Shown piece by piece: positions 1 through 9,612 of a DNA stretch of 64,000 nucleotides. The notes beneath the pieces are model-generated. The model saw nothing but the letters and a program-made list of their open reading frames with translations, did not search any database and was not told the DNA's origin. Position 1 is the first letter of the stretch. Each line of letters begins with the position of its first letter. A program made the translations under genes and the position numbers. This stretch comes from a virus. Taxonomy: Duplodnaviria; Caudoviricetes. The stretch is taken from the IMG/VR virus record IMGVR_UViG_2806311071_000002, positions 1-64,000 of that record; one strand, given 5' to 3'.

Positions 1-630
1 TTAACCATTTCTCCAAGGTACAACAACAGGGGTACCAATTATCCAATTATAAGAAATTCCGTACTTTCCATTATCGGATACTTTTTTTATGGCATACTTA
101 CCAGCAAACATTGCCCCTGCAATTGCTCCAGCATATACTGAAATCCCAGGTATTTTTTTTATCAATGCTGCTATCCCGGCGATAGCCCCTGCCATACCGT
201 CAGCATCCTCAACAATATCTAAGAATTTTTTAATTACACACGAATTCATGCTCACCTTGACTATAGGAATTGCTACCGAAACACCTTGTTTCCCTCTACA
301 TTTTGCTAGAGTTGACATCTCACTTGATTCATCGGAAATATTAACTGTAGCAGAATCGACTAGTGTTCGATGGCCATAAGTTAACAAATATTGATCAACT
401 TTAATCGACTCTTTAGAGGTTCCTTTATCTAGAGTTTTTTGATCAATAAAATACTGTTTTCCGCCATATTCGATTGTATAAGATGCTTCACCTTCAGACT
501 GACTTATAACATTCATTCCAGAAACATTGGTTTTTACCTTTTCATTCATCGATGTCTTAGCATAAGAAGGAAGTGCAAATCCGCAGACTAAACTCAATAC
601 AAGAAGCAAGCTTACTATTTTTGTTTTCAA
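1..630 (-). CDS. Secreted protein of unknown function (chromosomal side of att)
   Basis: TTG start after AAGGAAGG RBS; signal peptide MKTKIVSLLLVLSLVCGFALPSYA; Gly/Ala-rich hydrophobic C-terminal region. Confidence 0.7.
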   Translation of the reverse strand: MKTKIVSLLLVLSLVCGFALPSYAKTSMNEKVKTNVSGMNVISQSEGEASYTIEYGGKQYFIDQKTLDKGTSKESIKVDQYLLTYGHRTLVDSATVNISDESSEMSTLAKCRGKQGVSVAIPIVKVSMNSCVIKKFLDIVEDADGMAGAIAGIAALIKKIPGISVYAGAIAGAMFAGKYAIKKVSDNGKYGISYNWIIGTPVVVPWRNG

Positions 631-732
631 GTCCTTCCTTTAAGGAGACTAACATAGTCATAATGAAAAATACACCATATAACGTTAAAATAGGAAATCC
701 CACCCACACAACTGCTTACTACAAAAAAGCAC

Positions 733-1000
733 TCAGATTATTCCGAGTGCTGTAGCAATGCGTAAAATGGCACGCTGTTTTATTTCATAATAGGTGTCCT
801 TCTTCATGCCGAGTTCCATATAAATATGAATGTCTTTCGTTTGGCTGGCTGCTAAGTATTTTTTCTCAATGATCATGCGTTCTTCATCGTCCAGGCTGTT
901 TTCTAACGCCCTTTCCATCTGCTTAACCTTCAGTTCATTTAATATGAAAGAATCTCTGATTGAAGGAAACAGGCTGATACCAGCATCAACCGATTCCTTC
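733..1000 (-). pseudogene. C-terminal fragment of an ArpU-family phage transcriptional regulator
   Basis: LDDEERMIIEKKYL...DIHIYMELGMKKDTYYEIKQRAILRIATALGI is ArpU-like; the called ORF upstream of ~1000 looks unrelated. Confidence 0.6.
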
Positions 1001-1101
1001 AAAAATTTAAAGAAAAGTCTAAGCGTGGTTTTTCCACAAAAAAAGAGGTTCAATTGGATGTAGCTGGAAAAGAAAAACGAATGGATCATCAAAACAAATA
1101 A
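991..1101 (+). pseudogene. Remnant of a tyrosine-integrase N-terminal arm-binding domain
   Basis: Manual translation QKFKEKSKRGFSTKKEVQL then early stop; resembles the KSKxGFxTKKEAQ motif of Bacillus phage integrases. Confidence 0.45.
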
Positions 1102-1317
1102 AAAACGAGAATACAATATGGAGTTTTTCAATAGCGATGACATACCTTTTTTTACGTGTAGCATATGAATGAGAATTATATCTCCACAATTATGGAGTAA
1201 TTTTTTATTGATTTTTTGTGGGTGTTTTGTGGGTGGTGTATGATCTATATTAAATTATTAAATTTGTTAACAAATCAAAAAATCCCCTGACACCAATAGT
1301 GCCAAGGGATTGAGAGA

Positions 1318-1377
1318 TTAATACTGAGACATATATTGTTCGCGCTCCCACGGATGAACCTGTGTGCGGAACATATC
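1318..1377 (-). mobile_element. glnA: Prophage attachment-site core: displaced 3' end of glnA
   Basis: Reverse complement translates to DMFRTQVHPWEREQYMSQY*, the B. subtilis-group GlnA C-terminus; similarity stops abruptly before the D codon. Confidence 0.85.
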
Positions 1378-1476
1378 TTTTTATATTATCAAGGTTCAAA
1401 AATGTTGATTTAATAAGGTTTCCAAGGTTTTTTAGAGGCCATATTTTCATCAAATTTCATTAATTATAATATTCCA

Positions 1477-1517
1477 GTGGTCAAACGGTGGTCATTGATG
1501 GTGGTCATTGGTGGTCA
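1477..1517 (+). repeat. Four GTGGTCA direct repeats, putative integrase arm-type sites
   Basis: gtggtcaaacggtggtcattgatggtggtcattggtggtca lies ~100 bp inside the att core; a TTTTGTGGGTG pair lies at ~1214-1235 on the other side. Confidence 0.6.
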
Positions 1518-1541
1518 AGCCTCCGACTAAAGGTAAGCAAA

Positions 1542-1569
1542 AAATCCCTCTTGAAAAATAGAGGGATTT
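1542..1569 (-). terminator. Intrinsic terminator ending the early operon
   Basis: aaatccctct-tgaaaaat-agagggattt inverted repeat followed by a T-run on the - strand. Confidence 0.75.
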
Positions 1570-1583
1570 AACAAAATTCGATC

Positions 1584-1853
1584 CTATTCAGTCGGCTGTT
1601 CCAATAACCATTCAAGAAGAAATTCTTTTGTTTGTTTCGCAGGAAACATCCACTTTCTCCCCACTTTTCTTTTTGGAAATCTTGGGTCAAAGAAGAATTT
1701 CTCCTGTATTGTATTCCAGCACATTTTTGTATTTTTAATTAAATCATCAGTATCCCAGAAAAGCAATTCATTATCCAGCTTATTTAAATGCTTCTCCAAT
1801 TCTTCAAGGTATAATTTTTTAATCTCTGATTCATTCACCTTAACTTCTAGCAT
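1584..1853 (-). CDS. Putative excisionase / recombination directionality factor (winged-helix)
   Basis: 89 aa with Xis-like wing FPKRKVGRKWMF; last phage gene before att, where SPbeta has sprB. Confidence 0.55.
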   Translation of the reverse strand: MLEVKVNESEIKKLYLEELEKHLNKLDNELLFWDTDDLIKNTKMCWNTIQEKFFFDPRFPKRKVGRKWMFPAKQTKEFLLEWLLEQPTE

Positions 1854-1867
1854 ATAGCCCTCCTCAC

Positions 1868-2404
1868 TTATTTCATCTTCTTAATCAAATCATCGCAAAG
1901 TTTGTTCAAATAATATGTATAGTTAATTTTTTTCTTCATCCAGCGTATTTCAGTACCGATCTCTTCACATATGGAAATCGGAATGCTGGACTTGTTTACT
2001 TTATTCTTATATGTATGTGGCAACTGATTTTCAGCTATGGTCTTATATGTAAGGAAATCATTAATATGTACGAAATAAACCTTATTCTCAGGCTCTCTGA
2101 ATTGAAACAGAAAACCAGGAATTATGTTTGGATATTGCGCTGCCTCTTTTAAGTGTTTAATCTGTTGCGGCTTTATGATCTTTTCACTAAAAGACACAGA
2201 CTTGTTCTTTGTTGATTTAAGTTCAAATGGAAACAGATATCCTTTAAAGTGTAAGAAGCAATCATATTTGTTTTTAGATACCGCTGCACCCCTTTTCAAA
2301 AACATTGGGTTAACATCTTTAATTCTGTAGAAGAACAGCTTTTGATCTGTAGCTGATTTTTCTATATTTGCTTCAAAAACCTTACCTTGATTTGTAACTC
2401 CCAA
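1868..2404 (-). CDS. recU: RecU-family Holliday junction resolvase (YotM-like)
   Basis: NQGKVFE, YDCFL...FELKST and QQIKHL motifs. Confidence 0.8.
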   Translation of the reverse strand: MGVTNQGKVFEANIEKSATDQKLFFYRIKDVNPMFLKRGAAVSKNKYDCFLHFKGYLFPFELKSTKNKSVSFSEKIIKPQQIKHLKEAAQYPNIIPGFLFQFREPENKVYFVHINDFLTYKTIAENQLPHTYKNKVNKSSIPISICEEIGTEIRWMKKKINYTYYLNKLCDDLIKKMK

Positions 2405-2491
2405 TCAATCACTCTCCTAAAATATTGAAACCAAAATTGAAATTAACCTTTGCTACGCTGTACGAATGGAACCATGAAGAAAGAAGAAAAG

Positions 2492-2686
2492 TTAAATACT
2501 AATCCCTTTTCGAGTCCATCTGATTTCCTGCATCAATTCTTCATTATTATCTGAAAGGTTAATAAGGTTACGGTGGGCTCTTTCGTATTCTTTGTTCTCG
2601 AGAGCTTCTTTCACCGTACCCATTTGTCTTTCCATTTTGTTGAACAGTATTTGAATTGTTTTATATTCCTCGTTTATACCTTTCAC
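2492..2686 (-). CDS. Hypothetical phage protein
   Basis: ORF with RBS, in operon. Confidence 0.6.
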   Translation of the reverse strand: MKGINEEYKTIQILFNKMERQMGTVKEALENKEYERAHRNLINLSDNNEELMQEIRWTRKGISI

Positions 2687-2703
2687 CTCATTTTATTTTT
2701 ATC

Positions 2704-2889
2704 CTAAATAACCTTATAATGTGTCTGTGGTATTCCATAATCATTCCCTTTGCAAAAAACCGTTCCTGTGTCAGGTGTAATTACCTTTTTGACTACCCAT
2801 TCGCTTCCAACAGGGTAGATAATGTGGCCCCAATGACCTTGTGCTTCCTTTGTTACTCTAATCTTGTCCCCTTTCTTAACTATTGACAT
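2704..2889 (-). CDS. Hypothetical small SH3/KOW-like protein
   Basis: KKGDKIRV start; AGGAGG RBS. Confidence 0.6.
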   Translation of the reverse strand: MSIVKKGDKIRVTKEAQGHWGHIIYPVGSEWVVKKVITPDTGTVFCKGNDYGIPQTHYKVI

Positions 2890-2941
2890 GACCGCTTCCT
2901 CCTTTTATGCGTTTCATTAAAAGACCGATTTTATCTATAAT

Positions 2942-3193
2942 TCAAAACAAAATATTCTTAATTTTTATCATGTGATCTAGCTCTTCTTTAAATGTTTTAC
3001 ATTTATCCTTGTCAATCTCTCTACCTGTTTCATCTAGGAGCTTACCTTCGTCTGTGATGACACATGTCTGTCCGCAAAATTCAATCCCATTAGATTCAAT
3101 TAGCTTTATGAAATCATCATAAGTAAATTCAGTGCCATCTTCGTTAAACAGCGCTCCTTCAATATGTAATCCAATTGTTTTTACATTTTTCAT
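2942..3193 (-). CDS. Hypothetical phage protein
   Basis: GGGAGG RBS before MKNVKT. Confidence 0.55.
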   Translation of the reverse strand: MKNVKTIGLHIEGALFNEDGTEFTYDDFIKLIESNGIEFCGQTCVITDEGKLLDETGREIDKDKCKTFKEELDHMIKIKNILF

Positions 3194-3363
3194 TGAAACA
3201 ATCCTCCCCAAATTACTCCTGCAGCTATAGCAGCTATAAAGACAGAAACAAATTTCATTATTATGAAGAACTTGATATGCTTTGTTTCATCTTCAGTTAA
3301 GTTCAAATCTGATAAAGCGAATAAACCAAACATTATCAACAAAATCCAAGCTGTTACAATCAT

Positions 3364-3912
3364 CTACTTAGAACCTCTTTCGACTGTGTAACCACCGGTA
3401 ATGTCATTTAAGATCGTGCTACTTGATGAAAGCTTTTTGCTCTCACTATCTTTATTTTTAGTGTAATTAATGAAATCATCGAACTGGATCAAATACACTC
3501 CGTAAGCTGTGTTATTCAATTTATAAACGGTATCGTCACTTGGTTTCGAAAACCAGCTTTCAGTACCTTGGCCATACACTTCAAAAATTTGAACAATCTC
3601 GTCCTTATACTCAAAATAAGCCAGCTTATTTTCAAATTCACATTCCTCATCAACTGGATTTCCTACATGATTTGTCGCATATTCCATCATTGAGGTAAGC
3701 ATGTAACCTAATTCAACGTCCGAGAAACTTAGTTGAGGCTTAGGTGTTCCATAATAAATATCAGCCTCATTTAGAGATCCCCTCTGATTAACTTCTTTAA
3801 TGATCTCTTCAATAGCGGTGTAGCCTTCATGAATGATGAAATCTCTTCGCATCTCGTCTCTTCTTTTGTATTCCTCTAAGAAACTTGTTATCTTAAACTC
3901 TGTATTCTTCAT
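3364..3912 (-). CDS. Hypothetical acidic phage protein
   Basis: 182-aa ORF with AGGAGG RBS. Confidence 0.7.
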   Translation of the reverse strand: MKNTEFKITSFLEEYKRRDEMRRDFIIHEGYTAIEEIIKEVNQRGSLNEADIYYGTPKPQLSFSDVELGYMLTSMMEYATNHVGNPVDEECEFENKLAYFEYKDEIVQIFEVYGQGTESWFSKPSDDTVYKLNNTAYGVYLIQFDDFINYTKNKDSESKKLSSSSTILNDITGGYTVERGSK

Positions 3913-4023
3913 TTAACTCCTCCTTGTACAAATCGATTATTACTGGTAACCGTTGAAAGAAAGTAATAATGCAACCTCTAGCATCAAAAAGGTATTCGCA
4001 ATCATTTTCAGTACTTGATTACG

Positions 4024-4554
4024 TTAGTTTTTGTATAATTCCCTACGTATTTTCTCTGCTACGCTTGCAGCTTCATTTAAATTTTCAAAACGCCCAAAAA
4101 CTTTATTTTTACCTTGATACATAAACTGAACAACATACTTTTTATTTGAAAAAGATACATTCCTCACTCCTGTCTTGCCGTTTGAGTTTGCACCTTTTCT
4201 GTTTTTAGAGTTTTCTTTAAAAGTCCGAGGTCTTAAATTTGCTTCTGTGTTATTTAGTGTGTCGTGATCTATATGATCAACTACCTTTTTGGAGTCAGTT
4301 GGGCAAATGATTCTATGTAAGTAATACGTTTTGTACTTAGGTTTACCATTAATAATCCCCAATTATTTAGAAGCCTGGCAATAAAAACTGTTTGTGTTCT
4401 TTGCCCATTTAGCTGTCCATGTAAGCCCTAGCTCTTTAAGTTTTTCCAGGTTTTTGGTGTCCACAATGGTTTTTACATCTTCAGAATTTCTTCTTTTGAG
4501 ATATATGACTGTGATTTCTCCGTTTACTTCAATCTTATTTTTTATATTCATCAT
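4024..4554 (-). pseudogene. HNH-AP2 homing endonuclease interrupted by one in-frame TAA
   Basis: ORFs 4363-4554 and 4024-4362 are contiguous and in frame; YLHR...VDHIDHDTLNN...NLR HNH motif and TGVRNV...GRF AP2 motif. Confidence 0.8.
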
Positions 4555-4795
4555 CCTTTTTTAGCTTTTTCATGAACAAAATCTTAATAGAATCAACATT
4601 TTAATCTGTTGTAATCGTAAATGACCCATCATCTTCATCTAGAGTAATAACAATTTCACGAATACCATTGATACAGTCACTAAATTCTTGCATTTCCCTT
4701 CCGAGTTTCTGAATTGATTTAGCCAACTCCTCCGGTGTATTTGCTCCTCTTTGGGTACTCATTATTAAATTCTCCCTTCAAATAAAATTAGAATT

Positions 4796-5626
4796 TCATT
4801 TGATCTCAAATGTCTTTAGCTCAAACGTTTTATACGTGTCAACTTCATTACCAGGTACCTCATTTACTCTTGGATACATATCGTAGTCATACGGATACCC
4901 AATGCAATTCATGTGAAAGCTCGTTCCTTCTTTATCAAACTCAGCTTGTAAATGATCGTGTCCACAAATCCAATGTTCCGCATTAATGAATGGCAAATCG
5001 ACCATATAGCAGCTGTTAGGCTCAAATGGTGAATATGGATTGTGTACAGGAGGGACATGCGAAACAAATACATCAATGTGAGTGTTTTGAAGGGTATCAT
5101 ACCAGTCCATTGATTCTTTCCACATTGCTCTTACCGCATCTTCTTTGCTGTATCCATTAAGGCTGATATAGTTTGAATCATTTGAGACTCCTTTGAAGAA
5201 ATCCCACCCTTCATTTCCTTTAGGAAGATACCACATAACATCTCCTGCAAAGACTTTCCCTTTGTATGTATCCGTTGACTTTATTAATGGAGTGACATTC
5301 TTGATATCTGTAGCCTTTTGAATTAGATCATTTAACCTTCCCAATGAATCTGAGTATTTTCGTTGCTGATTTTTGCTGAGTAAATAAAGATCATGATTAC
5401 CATACGTGAAATAAACCTTTTCATATTGGTTTGCTACTTCGTCAAGTACCCACAGTGTCTGTTGATTCCACTCTGTAAAGTCACCGGCAATGATTAATAC
5501 CTCTCCATTTCCATTCGATATTAACCTTCTAATAATCTCCCTTGTTCGCTTTTCCCACTTGATTTGATTATCGTTCCAAGGAATCCAGTGGTTAATATGC
5601 AGATCTGAAACATAATCGATTTTCAT
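4796..5626 (-). CDS. yotB: Calcineurin-like metallophosphoesterase
   Basis: SDLH, AGDF, GNHD, SHVPP and GHDH motifs; SPbeta position. Confidence 0.85.
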   Translation of the reverse strand: MKIDYVSDLHINHWIPWNDNQIKWEKRTREIIRRLISNGNGEVLIIAGDFTEWNQQTLWVLDEVANQYEKVYFTYGNHDLYLLSKNQQRKYSDSLGRLNDLIQKATDIKNVTPLIKSTDTYKGKVFAGDVMWYLPKGNEGWDFFKGVSNDSNYISLNGYSKEDAVRAMWKESMDWYDTLQNTHIDVFVSHVPPVHNPYSPFEPNSCYMVDLPFINAEHWICGHDHLQAEFDKEGTSFHMNCIGYPYDYDMYPRVNEVPGNEVDTYKTFELKTFEIK

Positions 5627-5710
5627 TTTATCCCCCCTTCTTTGTTTAAGTACGAGTTAACTCATGCTCCATGACCAATTGACATAAATCCCCTCTTTTC
5701 AAATTAATGT

Positions 5711-5767
5711 GTATAATCTCAAATCATCTCCACACAATACAATTGAACAAACTTGTTTTACATACTA
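5711..5767 (+). promoter_or_regulatory. Putative sigma-G promoter(s) of sspC
   Basis: GTATA-N17-CACAATA, plus a second CATACTA -10-like element at 5761. Confidence 0.5.
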
Positions 5768-5784
5768 CTTTAGGAGATGATCAT

Positions 5785-5997
5785 ATGGCTCAACAAAACA
5801 GATCAAACAACAGCAATGAATTACTTGTTCCTCAAGCTGCTGGTGCACTTGAACAAATGAAGTATGAAATTGCTTCTGAGTTCGGTGTAAACTTAGGGCC
5901 TGAGACAACTAGCCGTGCAAACGGCTCAGTAGGTGGAGAGATTACAAAACGTTTGGTTCGCCTAGCTCAACAAAGCATGAATGGTCAATTTCATTAA
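5785..5997 (+). CDS. sspC: alpha/beta-type small acid-soluble spore protein
   Basis: [10 protein letters not shown] and [16 protein letters not shown] motifs; AGGAGA RBS before ATG at 5785. Confidence 0.95.
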   Translation: MAQQNRSNNSNELLVPQAAGALEQMKYEIASEFGVNLGPETTSRANGSVGGEITKRLVRLAQQSMNGQFH

Positions 5998-6002
5998 TGT
6001 AT

Positions 6003-6027
6003 GAGGGGATTGCTCCCCTCTCTTTTT
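6003..6027 (+). terminator. sspC terminator
   Basis: gagggga-ttgc-tcccctc followed by a T-run. Confidence 0.75.
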
Positions 6028-6078
6028 ATGCTCCTCTTCCAAAACCGTACAAAACTACTGGCATTGTATTCACCTCCT

Positions 6079-6267
6079 TTAGTGGACATATGTACTTCGT
6101 CTAACCAGCTCGTCTAAAACAATTTGAAGTTTTCTTCTTTGGTCTTTTATGTATACGTTGTTATCAGTACGCAAGCCATCATTAATTCTATTTTGTATGT
6201 CTGTCTTCAGTGTCTCTAAGCTTTCTATTGCTAATTTTTCTAGACTAACTTTATATGATTGATTCAT
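6079..6267 (-). CDS. Hypothetical phage protein
   Basis: GGAGG RBS before MNQSYK. Confidence 0.55.
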   Translation of the reverse strand: MNQSYKVSLEKLAIESLETLKTDIQNRINDGLRTDNNVYIKDQRRKLQIVLDELVRRSTYVH

Positions 6268-6617
6268 TTTAATAGCCTCCAACAAAAACAAGTGAAATTA
6301 TCAATAACCAAAAGACTGCTCCAGAAACAGCAAGAAAGCTTTTTGCAATACACATAAACTCTTGAAAATCATTCTTCAACGACTCTTTCACTGCATCACC
6401 TTCTCTTTAACTTCTCTTTAAAATACAGATTTCATATTAACTTAGTCGTAATACCTAATTTCTTTTTTATCCATCACTTTTCGGATTATTCGCTCATGTT
6501 TCGATCTCCTTCTTTTGTTGCTTCCTTTAACTTTTGGTGTTTGAAACATTCCATCGCAAGTCCAATCATATCCGCTATACTTTTTAAACACCGTCGTCTT
6601 CAGGCGTCTATGATACG

Positions 6618-7349
6618 TCACTCACCTCCCACCTCTTCGCGTGAGTCGTCAACGATTCTTCCATATTTAGCGACCATCGACGATATACCTGCCATACCAT
6701 CGCACCATGCTTTCTCGCCTTTCGCTATTTCGTACTTTTTCGATTTATCTACGGTTGATCTAACAACGTCGCCCACACGAACCTCAGTCGGCTGCGGAGC
6801 GTTCAAGTATTCGTCTGGCACCGCCAAGCCTAACGCACGTCTTAGCGCAATCGCCTTTCCGATGTGAACGTTGAAGCAGTCGTCAGGTACGGCTTTTGCG
6901 ATTCCTCTTGCGTAGACCTCTCGGGTACGAATCCCTTTCAACAAGACGACAACAGTTCGCTTATGGCGATTTACTACGAATTCAACTTCACAGGATGCGT
7001 GGTAGAATGCGTCTAATTTATATCTGACTCCATCACCGTTTTTCGTTAATTCCCAAACGTCTGCCTTCGCCTGCTTAACGATTTCATCACGGCGGGCTTG
7101 GGCGGTTTTCTCTGGCTTCCATAAACGTTCCTCTAACGTTGTACAGAGCGGAGTCGTTACTGTATTCACATCGCCAGGCATAATAACAACGTCTTGGTTC
7201 GTTTTTGCGTAGTGAACTACGAACCTATACGAATATGCTCCACCAATAACGACATCTCCAAAACGAGATTTATAGCCGAAATATTTATCGTCCTTCTTTT
7301 CAAATACCGTATTCGCATTATTGATCACCGTTTGATTTACGTTTTTCAT
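6618..7349 (-). CDS. Conserved hypothetical Bacillus phage protein (GC-richer segment)
   Basis: 243 aa; RGIAKAVPDDCFNVHIGKAIALRRALG segment; visibly higher GC than flanks. Confidence 0.75.
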   Translation of the reverse strand: MKNVNQTVINNANTVFEKKDDKYFGYKSRFGDVVIGGAYSYRFVVHYAKTNQDVVIMPGDVNTVTTPLCTTLEERLWKPEKTAQARRDEIVKQAKADVWELTKNGDGVRYKLDAFYHASCEVEFVVNRHKRTVVVLLKGIRTREVYARGIAKAVPDDCFNVHIGKAIALRRALGLAVPDEYLNAPQPTEVRVGDVVRSTVDKSKKYEIAKGEKAWCDGMAGISSMVAKYGRIVDDSREEVGGE

Positions 7350-7366
7350 TCCTCATCTCCTCCAAT

Positions 7367-7693
7367 TTATATTAAATTAATTTGATTCTCAATTTCCTCA
7401 ATAAACGCCTCTAAAGCTTCTTCATCAACCATTACTTGTCCATCTTGGATTTTGATGATTTCTTTCATTCGGCCATCCATATTTCTAAATTCTTCTGCTT
7501 GCTGCACAGTAAACATTGCTCTGTATTTCTTTATGTATAAAAGAAAATCTATAAGTACTCCGATCTCCCCAATTTTGTGGAGATTGAAATGTTCTTGTTC
7601 CACTTCCAATCTGAGCAAATCTGCTTCCTTTTCTAAGACATCAATTTCAAGCTCTTCTTTCTTTGATAACAATTCTTGCTCTTTTTGTTTCAA
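7367..7693 (-). CDS. Hypothetical coiled-coil protein
   Basis: GAGGTG RBS, TTG start. Confidence 0.6.
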   Translation of the reverse strand: MKQKEQELLSKKEELEIDVLEKEADLLRLEVEQEHFNLHKIGEIGVLIDFLLYIKKYRAMFTVQQAEEFRNMDGRMKEIIKIQDGQVMVDEEALEAFIEEIENQINLI

Positions 7694-7791
7694 TAGATCA
7701 CCTCTATACTTATTTTTTATTTTTATAACTTGTTACAATACAAATTCTCTATTGAGGATATGATAATAATATACTTATATTTCATTTTTGT

Positions 7792-8310
7792 CTATGCTTT
7801 TCTGAAATTTTCATAAGTAATAAATGAATAATCTTGTCCTTTTGTTGTTAGCGCACTCCGATGATCCTTTTCAATTATTCTCCAATCATCATTTAACCTT
7901 GGAAAATAGGAATCTGCCTTCGCAACAACTGAATCAACAATCGTTAAATAAACCTTATCTGCATGAGGTAAGAATGCCTCGTATATAGCGCCTCCTCCAA
8001 TGACCATTACTTCTTCATCTGTATCCAATTGCCCTCGTATGAGCTTTAATACATCGTTAACCGAATGATAAACAAATGAAGAGTGATCAGGCTTGAAATC
8101 CTTATTTTTAGTCAATATGATATTCCTTCGGTTCTGAAGTGGCTTTCCTGTAATGTTTACGATCGATTCGTATGTAAGTCTTCCCTGAATACACAACTTT
8201 CCTGTAGTGAGTTCTTTAAAACGTTTTATGTCTTCAGGAATATGGTAAAGCAGATTATTCTCATACCCGATGGCCATTGATTTGTCGCAGCAAGCAATAA
8301 GAGATAGCAT
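7792..8310 (-). CDS. dfrA: Dihydrofolate reductase
   Basis: IGYENNLLYHIPEDIKRFK, GRLTYESI, PLQNRRNIILT, VIGGGAIY and DSYFP motifs. Confidence 0.95.
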   Translation of the reverse strand: MLSLIACCDKSMAIGYENNLLYHIPEDIKRFKELTTGKLCIQGRLTYESIVNITGKPLQNRRNIILTKNKDFKPDHSSFVYHSVNDVLKLIRGQLDTDEEVMVIGGGAIYEAFLPHADKVYLTIVDSVVAKADSYFPRLNDDWRIIEKDHRSALTTKGQDYSFITYENFRKA

Positions 8311-9149
8311 TATACCGCTACCTCAAAGTAAAGCTTGTCTCCATGCTTATAATTAACCAATTTGAAATCATCAATTGTGAAATCATAAAAGTCTTTTACA
8401 TCCGGATTAATCCATAGCTCAGGTGCTTCATATTGCTCTCTGTCCATTTGAATTTTCAAATTGTCTATATGGCGAGTGTATACATGACAGTCTCCGATAT
8501 TGAAGATATACTCACCAGACTCATAACCAGTAACTTTAGCAATCATACGCTGCAATACATTGTACTGGAATACATTGAATGGATTCCCGAGCGCGAGATC
8601 ATTACTGCGACAGAAAACTTCTAAATGCAACTTCCCGCCTTTTACAAGCCATTGAGTGCCATAAACACAGGGCGTCAATGCCATTGAGTCTAATTCATCC
8701 GGGTTCCAAAGTGTTGTAATATGCCTACGGGAAGACGGGTTGTTTTTTAACTGATGGAGAAGATAATCAACCTGGTCAACTTTCTCACCGTTTAGCTCCC
8801 TGTTCTTTTTACCAAGCTGATATCCATATGCTTTACCGATCGTACCATCTTCGTGTTTCCATTGATCCCAAATATGTACGCCCATCTTGTTTAATTCGTT
8901 AACATCATTTGATTTAAGTTGCCATATCCAAAGCAATTCCTTGATTGCTGTTTTCCAAGCAACTTTTTTAGTCGTTAAAATTGGTATTTCAGAATTATCA
9001 AAGCGCATTTGCTTACTGATTACACTTAATGTATGTGCTGGTGTTCCATCAGTATCCCATTTGGTTCTGACATCGAATTCTTCGTCTGATACCCCATTAT
9101 TAATAATGTCATTTATGATTGTGTTGTACTGCTTATCAAATTGACTCAT
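8310..9149 (-). CDS. thyA: Thymidylate synthase (thyP3-like)
   Basis: PILTTKK, SRRHI, MALTPC, RSND...NPFN and GDCHVY motifs. Confidence 0.97.
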   Translation of the reverse strand: MSQFDKQYNTIINDIINNGVSDEEFDVRTKWDTDGTPAHTLSVISKQMRFDNSEIPILTTKKVAWKTAIKELLWIWQLKSNDVNELNKMGVHIWDQWKHEDGTIGKAYGYQLGKKNRELNGEKVDQVDYLLHQLKNNPSSRRHITTLWNPDELDSMALTPCVYGTQWLVKGGKLHLEVFCRSNDLALGNPFNVFQYNVLQRMIAKVTGYESGEYIFNIGDCHVYTRHIDNLKIQMDREQYEAPELWINPDVKDFYDFTIDDFKLVNYKHGDKLYFEVAV

Positions 9150-9161
9150 TTCTATTCTCCT

Positions 9162-9539
9162 TTATTTAAACCAACTAATAATAAAGTTAATCACGAAGAC
9201 AATATTACCGCAAACAAACAGCATGTACACGCACTTGTTTTGTTTATTGTTTGAGTCACCTTCCAAAACATCGAGAATTTTAAACATTGTTAAACCGGTA
9301 TAAATTAAAGCAAAAGCTGTCCAAGCTAACATTAGCAAGTTGTCATGCGTAATCAATCCAATAGTAGCCAAGGGGATAATAAAAGAAATCCCCTTGAACA
9401 ATGTCATGACATACACTAAGTTCTTATTTTTCTTCAGTTCTTTATACGGCGAATTAGAAAGCATATGTGTAACTTTTGAGTAAACGTTCTGTTCTCCTCG
9501 TGTAATTAATCTAATTTCATTAATGTTTAGTGCAAACAA
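9162..9539 (-). CDS. Membrane protein
   Basis: Three hydrophobic segments; true start possibly further upstream. Confidence 0.6.
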   Translation of the reverse strand: MFALNINEIRLITRGEQNVYSKVTHMLSNSPYKELKKNKNLVYVMTLFKGISFIIPLATIGLITHDNLLMLAWTAFALIYTGLTMFKILDVLEGDSNNKQNKCVYMLFVCGNIVFVINFIISWFK

Positions 9540-9612
9540 GTATGCTGCAAGTAATAACGTAAAGTATGTAATTATAATACATCTCCTTATTTTATTTTTA
9601 CCCTATAAATAA

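Noticed and set aside
1250-1453. 67-aa ORF spanning the att region
   Set aside because: Out of frame with the glnA fragment and crosses the phage/host junction; likely spurious
1477-1517. GTGGTCA repeats as a CRISPR array
   Set aside because: Units are 7 bp with 3-6 bp gaps, with no spacers or cas genes; arm-type att sites fit better
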